A DNA stretch of 64,000 nt from an uncultured Solirubrobacterales bacterium. GTDB taxonomy: Bacteria > Actinomycetota > Thermoleophilia > Solirubrobacterales > 70-9. A model generated the notes under the pieces. It worked only from the letters and a program-made list of their open reading frames with translations, was not told the origin of the DNA and did no database searches. Below, piece after piece: positions 25,577 to 34,771 of this stretch. Each line of letters begins with the position of its first letter. Positions within the stretch are counted from its first letter, which is position 1. The stretch covers positions 1,113,476-1,177,475 of the forward strand of contig OY969774.1 of NCBI GenBank assembly GCA_963702955.1, read 5' to 3'. Position numbers and translations under genes: made by a program.

Positions 25577-26457
25577 GACACCTCCCAGACCGCCGCCCGG
25601 AGGCGCTCCGCTGCCGCCGCGGGATCGGGGTCCGCGGAAATGCTACGCGAGGCGGCGATCAGCGCGGCGGCTCGGCCCGGGGCGAAGGCGGCGCCGAGCT
25701 GCTCCGGGCGCCCGCCCTGGGCGCCGACCCCGGGGATGAGGAAGACCGAGCGTGGCATCAGCTCGCGCAGGCGGGCGATGTGCTCGGGCTCGGTGGCGCC
25801 GACGACGGCACCCATTCCGCTCAGGCCGGCCTTTCCCGCCAGCCGGGGGGCGAGCCCGTCGACGAGCTCCGCCAGCCGCTCGTGCAGAGGCCGCTCGGGC
25901 GCCGGCAGGTCCTCGACGTCGGCGGCGCCGGGATTGCTGGTGCGGACCAGGGCGAAGACGCCGGCCCCGGCTGCCTCCGCGGCGGCGACGAGCGGCTCCA
26001 GCGCGTCGAGCCCGAGCAGCGGGTTGGCGGTGAAGGCGTCGGCGCCGAGCCCCGCGACCGGCCCCCAGGGCGTCGGCGTCTCGCCGACCAGCGCCTGCGC
26101 GTAGGCGGCGGCGGTGACCGGCACGTCGCCGCGCTTGCCGTCGGCGATCGTCAGCAGGCCGGCGTCGGCCGCTGCGGCCCGCACCTCGGCCAGCGCCGCC
26201 CAGCCCGGCGCGCCGAGCCGCTCGAAGCAGGCGAGCTGGGGCTTGACCGCGACGCAGGCCGGTCCGGCCTGCTCGATCAGCCGCCGGCAGTGGACGGCTA
26301 CAGCGGCGCCCGCCCGCTCGGCGGGCGACCCGGAGGCCCCCACCGGATCGAGATCCGGTGGAAGCTTGGCGGGGTCGGGGTCGAGGCCGAGGCAGATCTG
26401 ACTGCGGCGCTCTTCGACGAGCGCCGCGAGCCGATCCGAGAAGGGCTCTAGGTTCAG
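25573..26457 (-). CDS. pyrF: orotidine 5'-phosphate decarboxylase, type 2; start codon anomalous
   Basis: ADGKRGDV, VKPQLACFE and an upstream ICLGLDPDP block. The first canonical start (GTG 26343) lies downstream of ICLGLDP. The only in-frame candidate is CTG 26457-26455, which overlaps the hup stop. Confidence 0.85.
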   Translation of the reverse strand: MNLEPFSDRLAALVEERRSQICLGLDPDPAKLPPDLDPVGASGSPAERAGAAVAVHCRRLIEQAGPACVAVKPQLACFERLGAPGWAALAEVRAAAADAGLLTIADGKRGDVPVTAAAYAQALVGETPTPWGPVAGLGADAFTANPLLGLDALEPLVAAAEAAGAGVFALVRTSNPGAADVEDLPAPERPLHERLAELVDGLAPRLAGKAGLSGMGAVVGATEPEHIARLRELMPRSVFLIPGVGAQGGRPEQLGAAFAPGRAAALIAASRSISADPDPAAAAERLRAAVWEVS

Positions 26458-26732
26458 CCCTTGACCTTGGCCTTCAGCGCCGATCCGGCGGAGAAGCGCG
26501 GCACCCTGCCGCCCGGGATGGTGATCCGTTCGCCGGTGCGCGGGTTGACGCCCTGGCGGGGCCCGCGCTCGGCGACGTGGAATTTGCCGAAGCCGGTGAA
26601 GCTGACTTCGCCACCGCCGCTCAGCGTGTCGGTGATCGTGTCGAGCACGGCGTCGACCGCGTCGCTCGCGGCCTTCTTGCTGCCTACCCGCTCGTCAGCT
26701 GCCAGTTGGTCCAGAAACTCAGCCTTGGTCAC
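26454..26732 (-). CDS. hup: HU-family nucleoid-associated DNA-binding protein
   Basis: MTKAEFLDQLAADE...GFGKFHVAERGPRQGVNPRTGERITIPGGRVPRFSAGSALK. GTG start with a GGAGGAG SD. Confidence 0.92.
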   Translation of the reverse strand: MTKAEFLDQLAADERVGSKKAASDAVDAVLDTITDTLSGGGEVSFTGFGKFHVAERGPRQGVNPRTGERITIPGGRVPRFSAGSALKAKVKG

Positions 26733-26829
26733 GTCGATGCTCCTCCGTCGTCGTTGAGGTCGGGCGGCAATCTAACAGCGCGCGCGGGCGTAAGGCGCGC
26801 CTGCGGCGGTGCCGGGCCGGATCGAAGGC

Positions 26830-28185
26830 CTAGGAACCGCCGACCGTCATCTCGCCGATCAGCAGCGGCGGCGCGCTGACCGAGCCCCCGAACGGGACCC
26901 AGCGAGGCTCCGAGCCCGCCGCCCGCACGGCCCGCAGCATCGAGACCAGGTCGCCGGCGATCGTGAACTCGCGCAGCGGCTCGGCCGGCTCGCCGCCGCG
27001 GATCGCCCGCCCGCTCGCGCCGACCGAGAAGGCGCCGGAGACCGGGTTGACGCCCGAGTGCAGGCCGGCGACGTCGCCGACCAGGACGCCCTCGCCGGCC
27101 TCGCACAGCAGCTCCCCGAGTGCGGCGGCGCCCGGGGCGACGATCAGGTTCGAGGCGGCGACGCCGGGCGGCGCCCGGTAGCCGGAGCGGCCGGCGTTGC
27201 CGGTCGAGGCGGCTCCGCCCCGCCTCGCCGTGTAGGCGTCGTAGAGGTAGGCGCGAAGGCGGCCGGCGTCGATCAGCGCGGTGCGCCGGCGCGGCGTGCC
27301 CTCGGCGTCGAACGGCGCGGCGGCGAAGCCGTCGCGGTCGAGCCCGTCGTCGTAGAGGACGAAGGCCTCGCCGGCGACCTCCTCCCCCAACCGCCCGGCG
27401 AGCGGCGAGCGGCCGCGCTGGACCGCGTCGGCGCCGAGCGCTTTGCCGAGCAGGCCGACGAAGGCGGCGGCGACGGTCGGGTCGAGGACGACCGGGCAGC
27501 TGCGCGACCGCGGCTTCCGGGAGCCGATCATCTCGGTCGCCCGCCGGGCCGCCTCGCTGCCCACCGCCTCGGGGTCGAGGCCGGCCGGGCCGCGCGCCAG
27601 GTCGAAGCCGAGGCCGGTCTCGCGCGCGCCGTCTCCCTCGGCGAGGGCCTGCGTGTAGGCGTAGCAATCCGAGCTTTCGTACTCGCCGGCGGCGCCGGTC
27701 GAGGTAGCGATCGCGACCCGCTCGGCGGAGTCCGCGTAGACCGCCTGCTCGACTCCGACCACCCGCGGGTCCGACCGCAGCGCGGCGCGCTCGACCGCGA
27801 GCGCCAGCTCGGCGGCGCGCGCGGTCGGCCACTCGCCGAGCGAAGGGTCGCTCAGTCCGGCCAGCGGCGGCGCCTCGCCGCTGCGCGGCGGCGGGCCGGC
27901 GAACTCGTCCTCGTCGGCGACCCGGGCGCCCGCGGCGGCGCGGGCGGCGATCTCCTCGACGCCGGGGCCGGAGAGGTCGGTGCCGAAGCCGTAGCCGACC
28001 CGGCCGCCGATCCAGGCGCGCACCCCGATCCCCCGCTGGGTCGCCGCGGTGAGGCTCTCGACCTCGCCGCCGTGGGCGCGTACCTCGCGCCGCGCCGCCT
28101 CGGAGGCATAGGCCTCGGCGTCGCTCGCGCCGGCGGCGAGCGCCGCCTCGACCGCGCGCCCGGCCAGCCCGGCCAGCTCGCTCAT
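26830..28185 (-). CDS. pmbA: PmbA/TldE metalloprotease partner
   Basis: Start MSELAGLAGRAVEAALAAG (ATG 28185, ATGA overlap with the tldD stop). TldD/PmbA-fold sequence without HExxxH. Confidence 0.85.
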   Translation of the reverse strand: MSELAGLAGRAVEAALAAGASDAEAYASEAARREVRAHGGEVESLTAATQRGIGVRAWIGGRVGYGFGTDLSGPGVEEIAARAAAGARVADEDEFAGPPPRSGEAPPLAGLSDPSLGEWPTARAAELALAVERAALRSDPRVVGVEQAVYADSAERVAIATSTGAAGEYESSDCYAYTQALAEGDGARETGLGFDLARGPAGLDPEAVGSEAARRATEMIGSRKPRSRSCPVVLDPTVAAAFVGLLGKALGADAVQRGRSPLAGRLGEEVAGEAFVLYDDGLDRDGFAAAPFDAEGTPRRRTALIDAGRLRAYLYDAYTARRGGAASTGNAGRSGYRAPPGVAASNLIVAPGAAALGELLCEAGEGVLVGDVAGLHSGVNPVSGAFSVGASGRAIRGGEPAEPLREFTIAGDLVSMLRAVRAAGSEPRWVPFGGSVSAPPLLIGEMTVGGS

Positions 28186-29576
28186 ACTTCGGTGCCTCCG
28201 ACCGTCATCGCGGCGAGGCGGACGTGGCCCTGGCCGGTCCCGACCGGGACTTTCTGGCCGCCCTTGCCGCACATCCCCGTCTTCATCCGGAAGTCGCTGC
28301 CGACCGCGTCGATCGCCATCAGCGCCTCGAGGCAGTTGCCGATCAGGGTCGCGCCGCGGCACGGCCGGGTCACCTCGCCGCCCTCGATCAGGTAGCCCTC
28401 GCTGACCCCGAAGACGAAGTCCCCGGTCGCCGGGTCGACCTGCCCGCCGGCGAAGGAGGCGGCGTAGAAGCCCTTGCCGACCTCGGCGATCAGCTCCTCC
28501 GGCGCCGCCTCGCCCGGGGCGATGTAGGTGTTGGTCATCCGCGGGATCGGCAGGTGGCGGAAGCTCTCGCGGCGGCCGTTGCCGGTCGAGGCGACGCCGT
28601 CGCGCTCGGCGCGCAGGCGGTCGTAGAGGAAGGCGACGAGGCGGCCGTCCTCGATCACCCGCGTCTTCTGCGTCGGCGTCCCCTCGTCGTCGATCGCGTC
28701 GCTGCCCCACTCGCCCGGCAGGCGGCCGTCGTCGTAGGCGCTCAGCAGCGGCCGGGCGACCTGCTCGCCGAGCTTGCCGGCGTAGACGCTGGCCCCCTTC
28801 TGGACGTGATCGGCCTCGAGCCCGTGCCCGGTCATCTCGTGGAAGAGGACGCCGCCGAAGCCGCCGCCGACCACGACCGGCATCGAGCCGGCCGGCGCGG
28901 GGCCGGCGTCGAGCAGGGTCAGGGCCTTGCCGGCGGCGCTCGCGGCGATCTCCCCCGGATCGTCTTCGAGCAGCTCGAAGCCGCGGTGGCCGCCGAGCGT
29001 CTCGGCGCCGGTCTCGACCCGGTCCTCACGCCGGGCGACCGCCTGCACCCCGATCCGCGTGCGGGTGCGGTCGTCACCGCTCAGCAGTCCGTCGGAGTTG
29101 GCGACAGCGACCTCGCGCCGCGCCTCGGCGTAGGAGGCCGTCAGCTGGGCGATCTCGCCTCCGGCCGCACGGCCGCGCTCGTCCAGCTCGCGCAGCAGCG
29201 CCGCCTTGCGCTCGGCCGCGACGTCCCCCGGCGGGCGCTCGATCGGTTCCGGGCTGGTGGCGACGCGCTGCAGCGCCCGCGGCTCGGTCCGCTCGCCGCG
29301 CAGCGCCGCCGCCGCCTCGTCCGCCGCGCGCTCGAGGTCGGCGGGGTCGAGCCCGTCGACGTGGGCGAAGTGGGTGGTGGCGCCGCTGACGACGCGGACT
29401 CCCGCGCCCTGCTCGGCGCCGGACTGGACCGACTCGATCCGCGACTCGTCGATCGCCATGGTCATGCCGCTGCGCCGTTCGGCGAACAGCTCGGCGAAGT
29501 CGCCGCCCGCGGCCAGGGCACGCGCGAGGACGCGCCCGGCGACCTCCGGGTCGAGCAGCTCCTCCGGACCGCTCAC
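28182..29576 (-). CDS. tldD: TldD metalloprotease
   Basis: HExxxH motif in LFHEMTGHGLEADH and a GxC-rich C-terminal region (MCGKGGQ). Confidence 0.9.
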   Translation of the reverse strand: MSGPEELLDPEVAGRVLARALAAGGDFAELFAERRSGMTMAIDESRIESVQSGAEQGAGVRVVSGATTHFAHVDGLDPADLERAADEAAAALRGERTEPRALQRVATSPEPIERPPGDVAAERKAALLRELDERGRAAGGEIAQLTASYAEARREVAVANSDGLLSGDDRTRTRIGVQAVARREDRVETGAETLGGHRGFELLEDDPGEIAASAAGKALTLLDAGPAPAGSMPVVVGGGFGGVLFHEMTGHGLEADHVQKGASVYAGKLGEQVARPLLSAYDDGRLPGEWGSDAIDDEGTPTQKTRVIEDGRLVAFLYDRLRAERDGVASTGNGRRESFRHLPIPRMTNTYIAPGEAAPEELIAEVGKGFYAASFAGGQVDPATGDFVFGVSEGYLIEGGEVTRPCRGATLIGNCLEALMAIDAVGSDFRMKTGMCGKGGQKVPVGTGQGHVRLAAMTVGGTEV

Positions 29577-29797
29577 TGCTTCGGTCGCTTCCCGGCGACC
29601 TCGATCAACCGCCCCGCGGCGACGAACATCTCGGCGCCGGCGACCGAGTCGGCCGCGTGGTCCTCGGCCCGCCCGCCGCCGTAGTAGAGGCGGGCGAAGG
29701 GGCGGCGCGAGGCGCGGCGGCGGCGCACGTAGGCGGCGGCTTCGTCGGCGTAGCCGGAGACGCGGTCGAGAAATACGCGGTGTGGCTTCGGGGCCAT
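29573..29797 (-). CDS. 74-aa hypothetical protein translationally coupled to tldD
   Basis: MAPKPHRVFLDRVSGYADEAAAYVRRRRASRRPFARLYYGGGRAEDHAADSVAGAEMFVAAGRLIEVAGKRPKQ. Its stop overlaps the tldD start, and its ATG 29797 is 6 nt after the upstream stop. Confidence 0.45.
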   Translation of the reverse strand: MAPKPHRVFLDRVSGYADEAAAYVRRRRASRRPFARLYYGGGRAEDHAADSVAGAEMFVAAGRLIEVAGKRPKQ

Positions 29798-29802
29798 CGG
29801 CC

Positions 29803-30183
29803 TCAGTCCCCCGAGCGGCCGTCGCCGCCGCCGGCCAGATCGCGCAGCATCGCCCTCAGGTCGAAGAAGGTCAGCGAGGCGAGCGCGAAGCGCTCGGTCA
29901 CCGCCACCGCCGCGAGGCCGGCATGGCGCAGGGCGAAGACCTCGCCCTGCTCGGTGCCGATGTGGATCTGCTCGACCGGCTCCGCGCCGGCCCGGTCGGC
30001 GGCGGCGAAAAGCGCCGCGGCGTCGTCGCGCCAGCGCTCGGGCCGGTCGCTCGCCGCCAGCACCGCACCGGCCGAGTCGAGGATCGCGGCGCCGCGCAGG
30101 TCGAGCGACATCTCGCTCAGGTAGGCGAGCGCGCCCTCGGCGGCATCGCCTGAAACAACCCCGGTCGCGGCATCGTCGGGCAT
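29803..30183 (-). CDS. Roadblock/LC7 (MglB-like) domain protein (tentative)
   Basis: Start MPDDAATG (ATG 30183). Pattern LSEMSLDLRGAAILDSAGAVLAAS...GEVFALRHAGLAAVAVTERFALASLTFFDLRAML fits the Roadblock fold profile by eye. Confidence 0.45.
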   Translation of the reverse strand: MPDDAATGVVSGDAAEGALAYLSEMSLDLRGAAILDSAGAVLAASDRPERWRDDAAALFAAADRAGAEPVEQIHIGTEQGEVFALRHAGLAAVAVTERFALASLTFFDLRAMLRDLAGGGDGRSGD

Positions 30184-30349
30184 CTGCGTGAAAATACCGG
30201 CCTGTGTCCGTCGCCCGCGCCTCATGGATGACCGTAGTCGGCATTTGCGCGATCGCCGTCGTCCTCTTCGCGATCGGCGGCTACACCGGCTACGCGATCA
30301 CCGTCGGCGCCGTCGGCCTCGCCGCCGCCGTCAACCTCTTGCCAAGCCC

Positions 30350-31258
30350 TTAGCCGGAGCGGTAGGGCCCGCCGTCCCCGTCGGGGGCGCGGAAGGAGGT
30401 CTCCGGCTCGGAGTGGATCAGCACTTCGGAGTGCGGGATCGCCGCCTCGATCTCGGCCCGCATCGCGTGGGCCAGCTCGTGGGCGCGCTCGAGGCTGGTG
30501 CCCGAGCGGTACTGCACGTGCATGTCGATGTGGCGGCGGCTGCCGGCGCGGCGGGCGCGCAGCTTGTGGTAGCCGGCGACCTCGGGCGTGCGGGCGGCGG
30601 CGATCGCCGCCTCGATCCGGTCCATCTCCTCCTCGGGCAGCGCTTCGTCGACGAGCACGCCGGAGGAGCGGCGGATGATCCGCACGCCGGCGACGACGAT
30701 CGCCGCGGCGACCAGCAGCGCGGTCACCGAGTCGAAGGCGACGATGCCGGTGATCTGGACCAGCGCCAGGCCGACGAGCACGCCGGCGGAGGTGAGGGCG
30801 TCGGTTCGCAGGTGCGCCGCGTCGCCTTCGAGGGCGGGCGATTCGTGCGCGCGCGCCTGTCGCGAGAGGACCGAGGAGACGGCGAGGTTGGCGAGGACCG
30901 AGAAGCCCATCACCGCGATGCCGACCCCCAGCGTCTCGACCTGGGAGCCGACGACCAGGCGGTGGGTCGCCTCGTAGACGATGATCCCGGCGCCGATCAG
31001 GATCAGCATCCCCTCGATCGTCGCCGCCAGGCTCTCGACCTTCTCGTGGCCGTAGGGATGGTCGGCGTCGGCCGGCTCGTCGGCTTTGCGGACCGAGACG
31101 AAGGCGACCACCGAGGCGACCAGGTCGATCGTCGAGTGGACGGCCTCGGTGACGATCGCGATCGAGCCGGTGATCGCCCCGGCGGCGAGCTTGATCGCGA
31201 TCAGCAGCGCGTTGGAGGCGATCGAGAGCGCCGCCGCGCCGCTCTTGGTGCGGATCAT
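30350..31258 (-). CDS. cation diffusion facilitator (CDF) family metal efflux protein
   Basis: ALLIAIKLAAGAITGSIAIVTEAVHSTIDL, HPYGHEKVE, HLRTDALTS, plus a C-terminal cytoplasmic domain. Confidence 0.9.
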   Translation of the reverse strand: MIRTKSGAAALSIASNALLIAIKLAAGAITGSIAIVTEAVHSTIDLVASVVAFVSVRKADEPADADHPYGHEKVESLAATIEGMLILIGAGIIVYEATHRLVVGSQVETLGVGIAVMGFSVLANLAVSSVLSRQARAHESPALEGDAAHLRTDALTSAGVLVGLALVQITGIVAFDSVTALLVAAAIVVAGVRIIRRSSGVLVDEALPEEEMDRIEAAIAAARTPEVAGYHKLRARRAGSRRHIDMHVQYRSGTSLERAHELAHAMRAEIEAAIPHSEVLIHSEPETSFRAPDGDGGPYRSG

Positions 31259-31854
31259 CGTTCCGCCGGCGCCGCCTCGGCGGCAGCGAGGTGCCGGGCC
31301 AGCAGCCGGGCGGCCAGGCCACGGTGGCTGATCTCGTTCTTCTCCGCCTGGCTCAGCTCCGACATCGTCCGCTCGTCGCCGGGGCCGGTGGCGTCGGGGA
31401 CGAAGGCCGGGTCGTAGCCGAAGCCGCCCTCGCCGCGCGGGGCCTCGATCAGGCGACCCTCGCAGCGGGCCTCGAAGAGGCGCTCGGAGCCGTCGGCCGC
31501 GACCAGCGCCAGCGCGCAGTGGTAGGCGGCCCGACGGTCCCCGCCCGTCGCCGCGACCTCGCGCAGCAGCTTTTCGAGGTTCTCCTCGTCGCTCGCGGTG
31601 GGGCCGCCGTAGCGGGCGGAGTGGATGCCGGGGCGCCCCCCGAGCGCCGCCGCCTCGATCCCGGAGTCGTCGGCGATCGTCGCCTTCCCGGTCGCCGCAT
31701 GGGCCGCCCGCGCCTTGTCGAGCGCGATCGAGGCGAAGTCCGGGCCGTCCTCCGGCGGCAGCTCGACCCCCTCCGGCAGGCCCTCCAGCTCGACCCCCGG
31801 CAGCAGTTCGCGCAGCTCGCGCAGCTTGCGCTTGTTGGCGGTGGCGAAGATCAA
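31255..31854 (-). CDS. rdgB: non-canonical purine NTP pyrophosphatase (RdgB/HAM1)
   Basis: MIFATANKRKLRELRELL..., ADDSGIE, GFGYDP, SHRG motifs. Confidence 0.9.
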   Translation of the reverse strand: MIFATANKRKLRELRELLPGVELEGLPEGVELPPEDGPDFASIALDKARAAHAATGKATIADDSGIEAAALGGRPGIHSARYGGPTASDEENLEKLLREVAATGGDRRAAYHCALALVAADGSERLFEARCEGRLIEAPRGEGGFGYDPAFVPDATGPGDERTMSELSQAEKNEISHRGLAARLLARHLAAAEAAPAER

Positions 31855-31861
31855 CGGTGGC

Positions 31862-32605
31862 CTAGCCGCCGGCTACCCGCTCCTGCACCTGGCGCAGTCG
31901 CGAAATGCCCATCTCGGCGAGCCCGAGCAGCTCGTCCAGCGAGGCGCGAGAGAGCGGCGTCCGCTCCGCCGTCGCCTGCACCTCGACCAGGCCGCCGTCG
32001 CCGGTCATCACCACGTTGGCGTCGACTTCGGCGTTGGAGTCCTCGCCGTAGTCGAGGTCGCAGAGCGCCCGGCCGTTGACCATGCCGACGCTGACCGCCG
32101 CGACCGAGCCGGTCAGCGGTATCGCCTCGATCTTTTTCGCGTCGACCAGCTTCTGCAGGGCGAGTCGCAGCGCCACGTAGCCGCCGGTGATCGCCGCGCA
32201 GCGGGTGCCGCCGTCGGCCTGCAGCACGTCGCAGTCGACGTAGACGCTGCGTTCGCCGAGGGCGCGGAAGTCGACGACGACGCGCAGCGAGCGGCCGATC
32301 AGCCGCTGGATCTCCACCCCGCGCCCGTCCTGACGACCCTTCGAGACGTCGCGAGTCTTGCGATCCCCGGTCGAGGCGGGCAGCATCGAGTACTCGGCGG
32401 TGACCCAGCCTTTGCCCCGCCCGCCCATCCATTTCGGCACCGATTCGTTGACCGAGGCGGTGCAGATCACCCGCGTTTTGCCGATCGAGATCAGCGCCGA
32501 GCCGTCGGCGGTCTCGACGAAGCCGGGATCGATCGTGACCGGCCGGATGTCGGCCTGTGCGCGGTCGTAGCTGCGTGAAGCCGGCATAGGGCGCGAGTCT
32601 GTCAT
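31862..32605 (-). CDS. rph: ribonuclease PH
   Basis: IRPVTIDPGFVETADGSALISIGKTRVICTASV and DCDVLQADGGTR. Confidence 0.93.
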   Translation of the reverse strand: MTDSRPMPASRSYDRAQADIRPVTIDPGFVETADGSALISIGKTRVICTASVNESVPKWMGGRGKGWVTAEYSMLPASTGDRKTRDVSKGRQDGRGVEIQRLIGRSLRVVVDFRALGERSVYVDCDVLQADGGTRCAAITGGYVALRLALQKLVDAKKIEAIPLTGSVAAVSVGMVNGRALCDLDYGEDSNAEVDANVVMTGDGGLVEVQATAERTPLSRASLDELLGLAEMGISRLRQVQERVAGG

Positions 32606-32638
32606 GGGAGCGGCCGGGCGGGCAACCCGGGTGCGGGC

Positions 32639-33052
32639 TCAGGGCGCGGGCAGAACGCGCAGGCCGCGCTGGGCGAAATGGCCGTCGAAGGCGAACGCCT
32701 CGCCGCCGCCGTCGCGCTCGATCAGCGCGAAGGAGGTCGCGTCGACGTAGCTCCAGCGCTTGTCGCCGTGGCGCTCGAGGATCTCCCAGGCGTCGTCCTC
32801 GACGTCGGGCTCGAGCCGCACCAGCTCGATCGCCGCGCCGGCCCGGAAGCGCCGCCCCCACTCGATCGCCTCCTCGCGGCCGACCCTGACGAGCAGCGCC
32901 GTGTAGGTCTCGGCGAAGACGTAGTTGGAGGTGAAGAGCGCCGCCCCGTCCTCGATCAGCGCTGCCAGCGTCGCTCGGGCACGCTCGTGCTCGGCCTCCG
33001 AGCCGTTGCGCAGCGCGACGAAGGCGCTGGTGTCGACGAAGACCGACCTCAT
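32639..33052 (-). CDS. vapC: PIN-domain toxin (VapC-like)
   Basis: MRSVFVDTSAFVAL..., acidic PIN residues (D..E..D..D). ATG 33052 overlaps the antitoxin stop (ATGA). Confidence 0.8.
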   Translation of the reverse strand: MRSVFVDTSAFVALRNGSEAEHERARATLAALIEDGAALFTSNYVFAETYTALLVRVGREEAIEWGRRFRAGAAIELVRLEPDVEDDAWEILERHGDKRWSYVDATSFALIERDGGGEAFAFDGHFAQRGLRVLPAP

Positions 33053-33285
33053 CGCCCGTAGAGGTCGCGATCGAGCGTGGTCACGCTCGTCCCCTCGCGA
33101 CCGCGGGCGGGCGACTCCTCGACCAGAAAGCGGAGCAGCGGATCGCCGCCGGGATCGGCGAGCCGAGCCCGCTCGGCGTCGATCAGCTCGCGCACGACCG
33201 CGGCGATGCTGCCAGCCTTGCCCGCGCGCTGCTTGAGCCACCGGTACCGGCCCTCGTCCAGATATAGCTGGGTTCGATGCTTCAT
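33049..33285 (-). CDS. vapB: ribbon-helix-helix antitoxin (VapB/CopG-like)
   Basis: MKHRTQLYLDEGRYRWLKQRAGKAGSIAAVVRELID. An alternative start is 33300. Confidence 0.7.
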   Translation of the reverse strand: MKHRTQLYLDEGRYRWLKQRAGKAGSIAAVVRELIDAERARLADPGGDPLLRFLVEESPARGREGTSVTTLDRDLYGR

Positions 33286-33422
33286 GCTGGAATACAGCAT
33301 AAGCCGTCCGTCGGTCGTCACCGCGCCACTCGCCGGCCGCCCGCTCGGGGGGACCAGCGTCAACGGCGTGACCACGGGCGGGGCGGCCCGCGCCGCGAGC
33401 CGCCCCCCTTCCGCCGCCGCCC

Positions 33423-33671
33423 TCATTTGAAGGTCACCTTGTCGACCGCCTGCTTGATCTTGTCGACGATCACCCCGGCCAGCTCGGTGCCCTGCTTGCC
33501 GTTGAATCCCTTCATCGCCGCGACCATCCCGACCATCAGCAGCGAGACGAGCAGGATCAGGCCGACATACTCGACCGTCCCCTGCCCCCGCTCGCCGCCG
33601 GCCAGGGCGCGGATCGCCCGCACCCGCTCCACGATCGCGGCGTGTGCGTAGCCCATCAGCAGATAGATCAT
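33423..33671 (-). CDS. Flp/Fap-type (class III signal) pilin-like protein
   Basis: AGGAGG SD before ATG 33671. Leader followed by GQGTVEYVGLILLVSLLMVGMVAA, matching the G/xxxxEY Flp processing motif. Confidence 0.6.
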   Translation of the reverse strand: MIYLLMGYAHAAIVERVRAIRALAGGERGQGTVEYVGLILLVSLLMVGMVAAMKGFNGKQGTELAGVIVDKIKQAVDKVTFK

Positions 33672-33814
33672 CGAAGCCTCCTGTCTCGGTTTGAGCCGAT
33701 GCTCCAGGGTCTCGACGCACGGATCTAGACGCGAATGCGCCAACTGTGAGGCCGAAATGTCAAAAGTCCCGCGACACCGGGGGGTGCCGGCCGCTGCGGG
33801 TACGCTCAGCGCCG

Positions 33815-34756
33815 ATGCGGGTGCTGGTCGTCACCAACTTCCTGCCCGACGCGGGCGCGCCCCAGCGAGGCCGCTGGGTGCGCGACCAGATCGAGGAGAT
33901 CCGCCGCCGCGGGATCGAGGTCGAGGTGTTCGGCTTCCCGCCCGGCGCCGGCCACTACGTCCCGGCGACGCGGCGCTTGCGACGGCTGTTGCGCGACGAG
34001 CGCTTCGACCTCGTCCACGCCCACTACGGCCTGCCCGGCTGGTGCGCGCGGCTGGCCGGTGCCTCGCCGCTGGTCGTCAGCTTCCACGGGACCGACGTGC
34101 GCCACGGCCTGGTCGGACCGCTCAGCCGCCGGCTCGCCTGGCGCGTCAACCTCGTCGCCGCCGTCTCGCGAGCCCTGTTCGGGCCCGAGGACGGTCGGCC
34201 GGGACTGCCGCCGGTTCCAGGCTCGGCGGTGCTGCCCTGCGGCCCGGACCTCGGTCGCTTCCACCCGATTCCGCGGGCCGACGCGCGCCGCGAGCTGGGC
34301 CTCGAGCCGGACGGGCGCTACCTGCTCTTCCCCGCCGACCCGGGGCGTCCCGCGAAGCGCGCCGATCGGGCGGCCGAGCTGGCGGCGGCGACCGGCGCCG
34401 AGCTGCTGACCGGCGGCGCCATCGACCCCGACCGGATGCCGCTCTGGGTGAACGCGGCAAACGCGGTCCTCGTCACCTCCGACCACGAGGGCTTCGGCCT
34501 TGCCTGCGTCGAGGCGCTGGCCTGCGAGGTGCCGGTCCTCTCGACCCCGGTCGGGATCGCCCCCTGGGCGCTGGCCGGAGTCGACGGGGTCCTCTGCGCT
34601 CCCTATGACGCGACGACGTGGAGCGAGGCCGCCCGCCCCCACCTGGCGGCGACCGACCCGCGGGTCGACGGAGCGGCGCGCGCCGCCGCGCTCTCGGCGG
34701 CGCGAATGGCCGAGCGGACGATCGAGGCTTACCGCGACGTTCTGGCGAAGGCGTAA
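33815..34756 (+). CDS. GT4-family (group 1) glycosyltransferase
   Basis: MRVLVVTNFLPDAGAPQRG..., E-x7-E region EGFGLACVEALACEVPVLSTPVG. Confidence 0.85.
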   Translation: MRVLVVTNFLPDAGAPQRGRWVRDQIEEIRRRGIEVEVFGFPPGAGHYVPATRRLRRLLRDERFDLVHAHYGLPGWCARLAGASPLVVSFHGTDVRHGLVGPLSRRLAWRVNLVAAVSRALFGPEDGRPGLPPVPGSAVLPCGPDLGRFHPIPRADARRELGLEPDGRYLLFPADPGRPAKRADRAAELAAATGAELLTGGAIDPDRMPLWVNAANAVLVTSDHEGFGLACVEALACEVPVLSTPVGIAPWALAGVDGVLCAPYDATTWSEAARPHLAATDPRVDGAARAAALSAARMAERTIEAYRDVLAKA

Positions 34757-34771
34757 TAGATTGAGAGCCCG

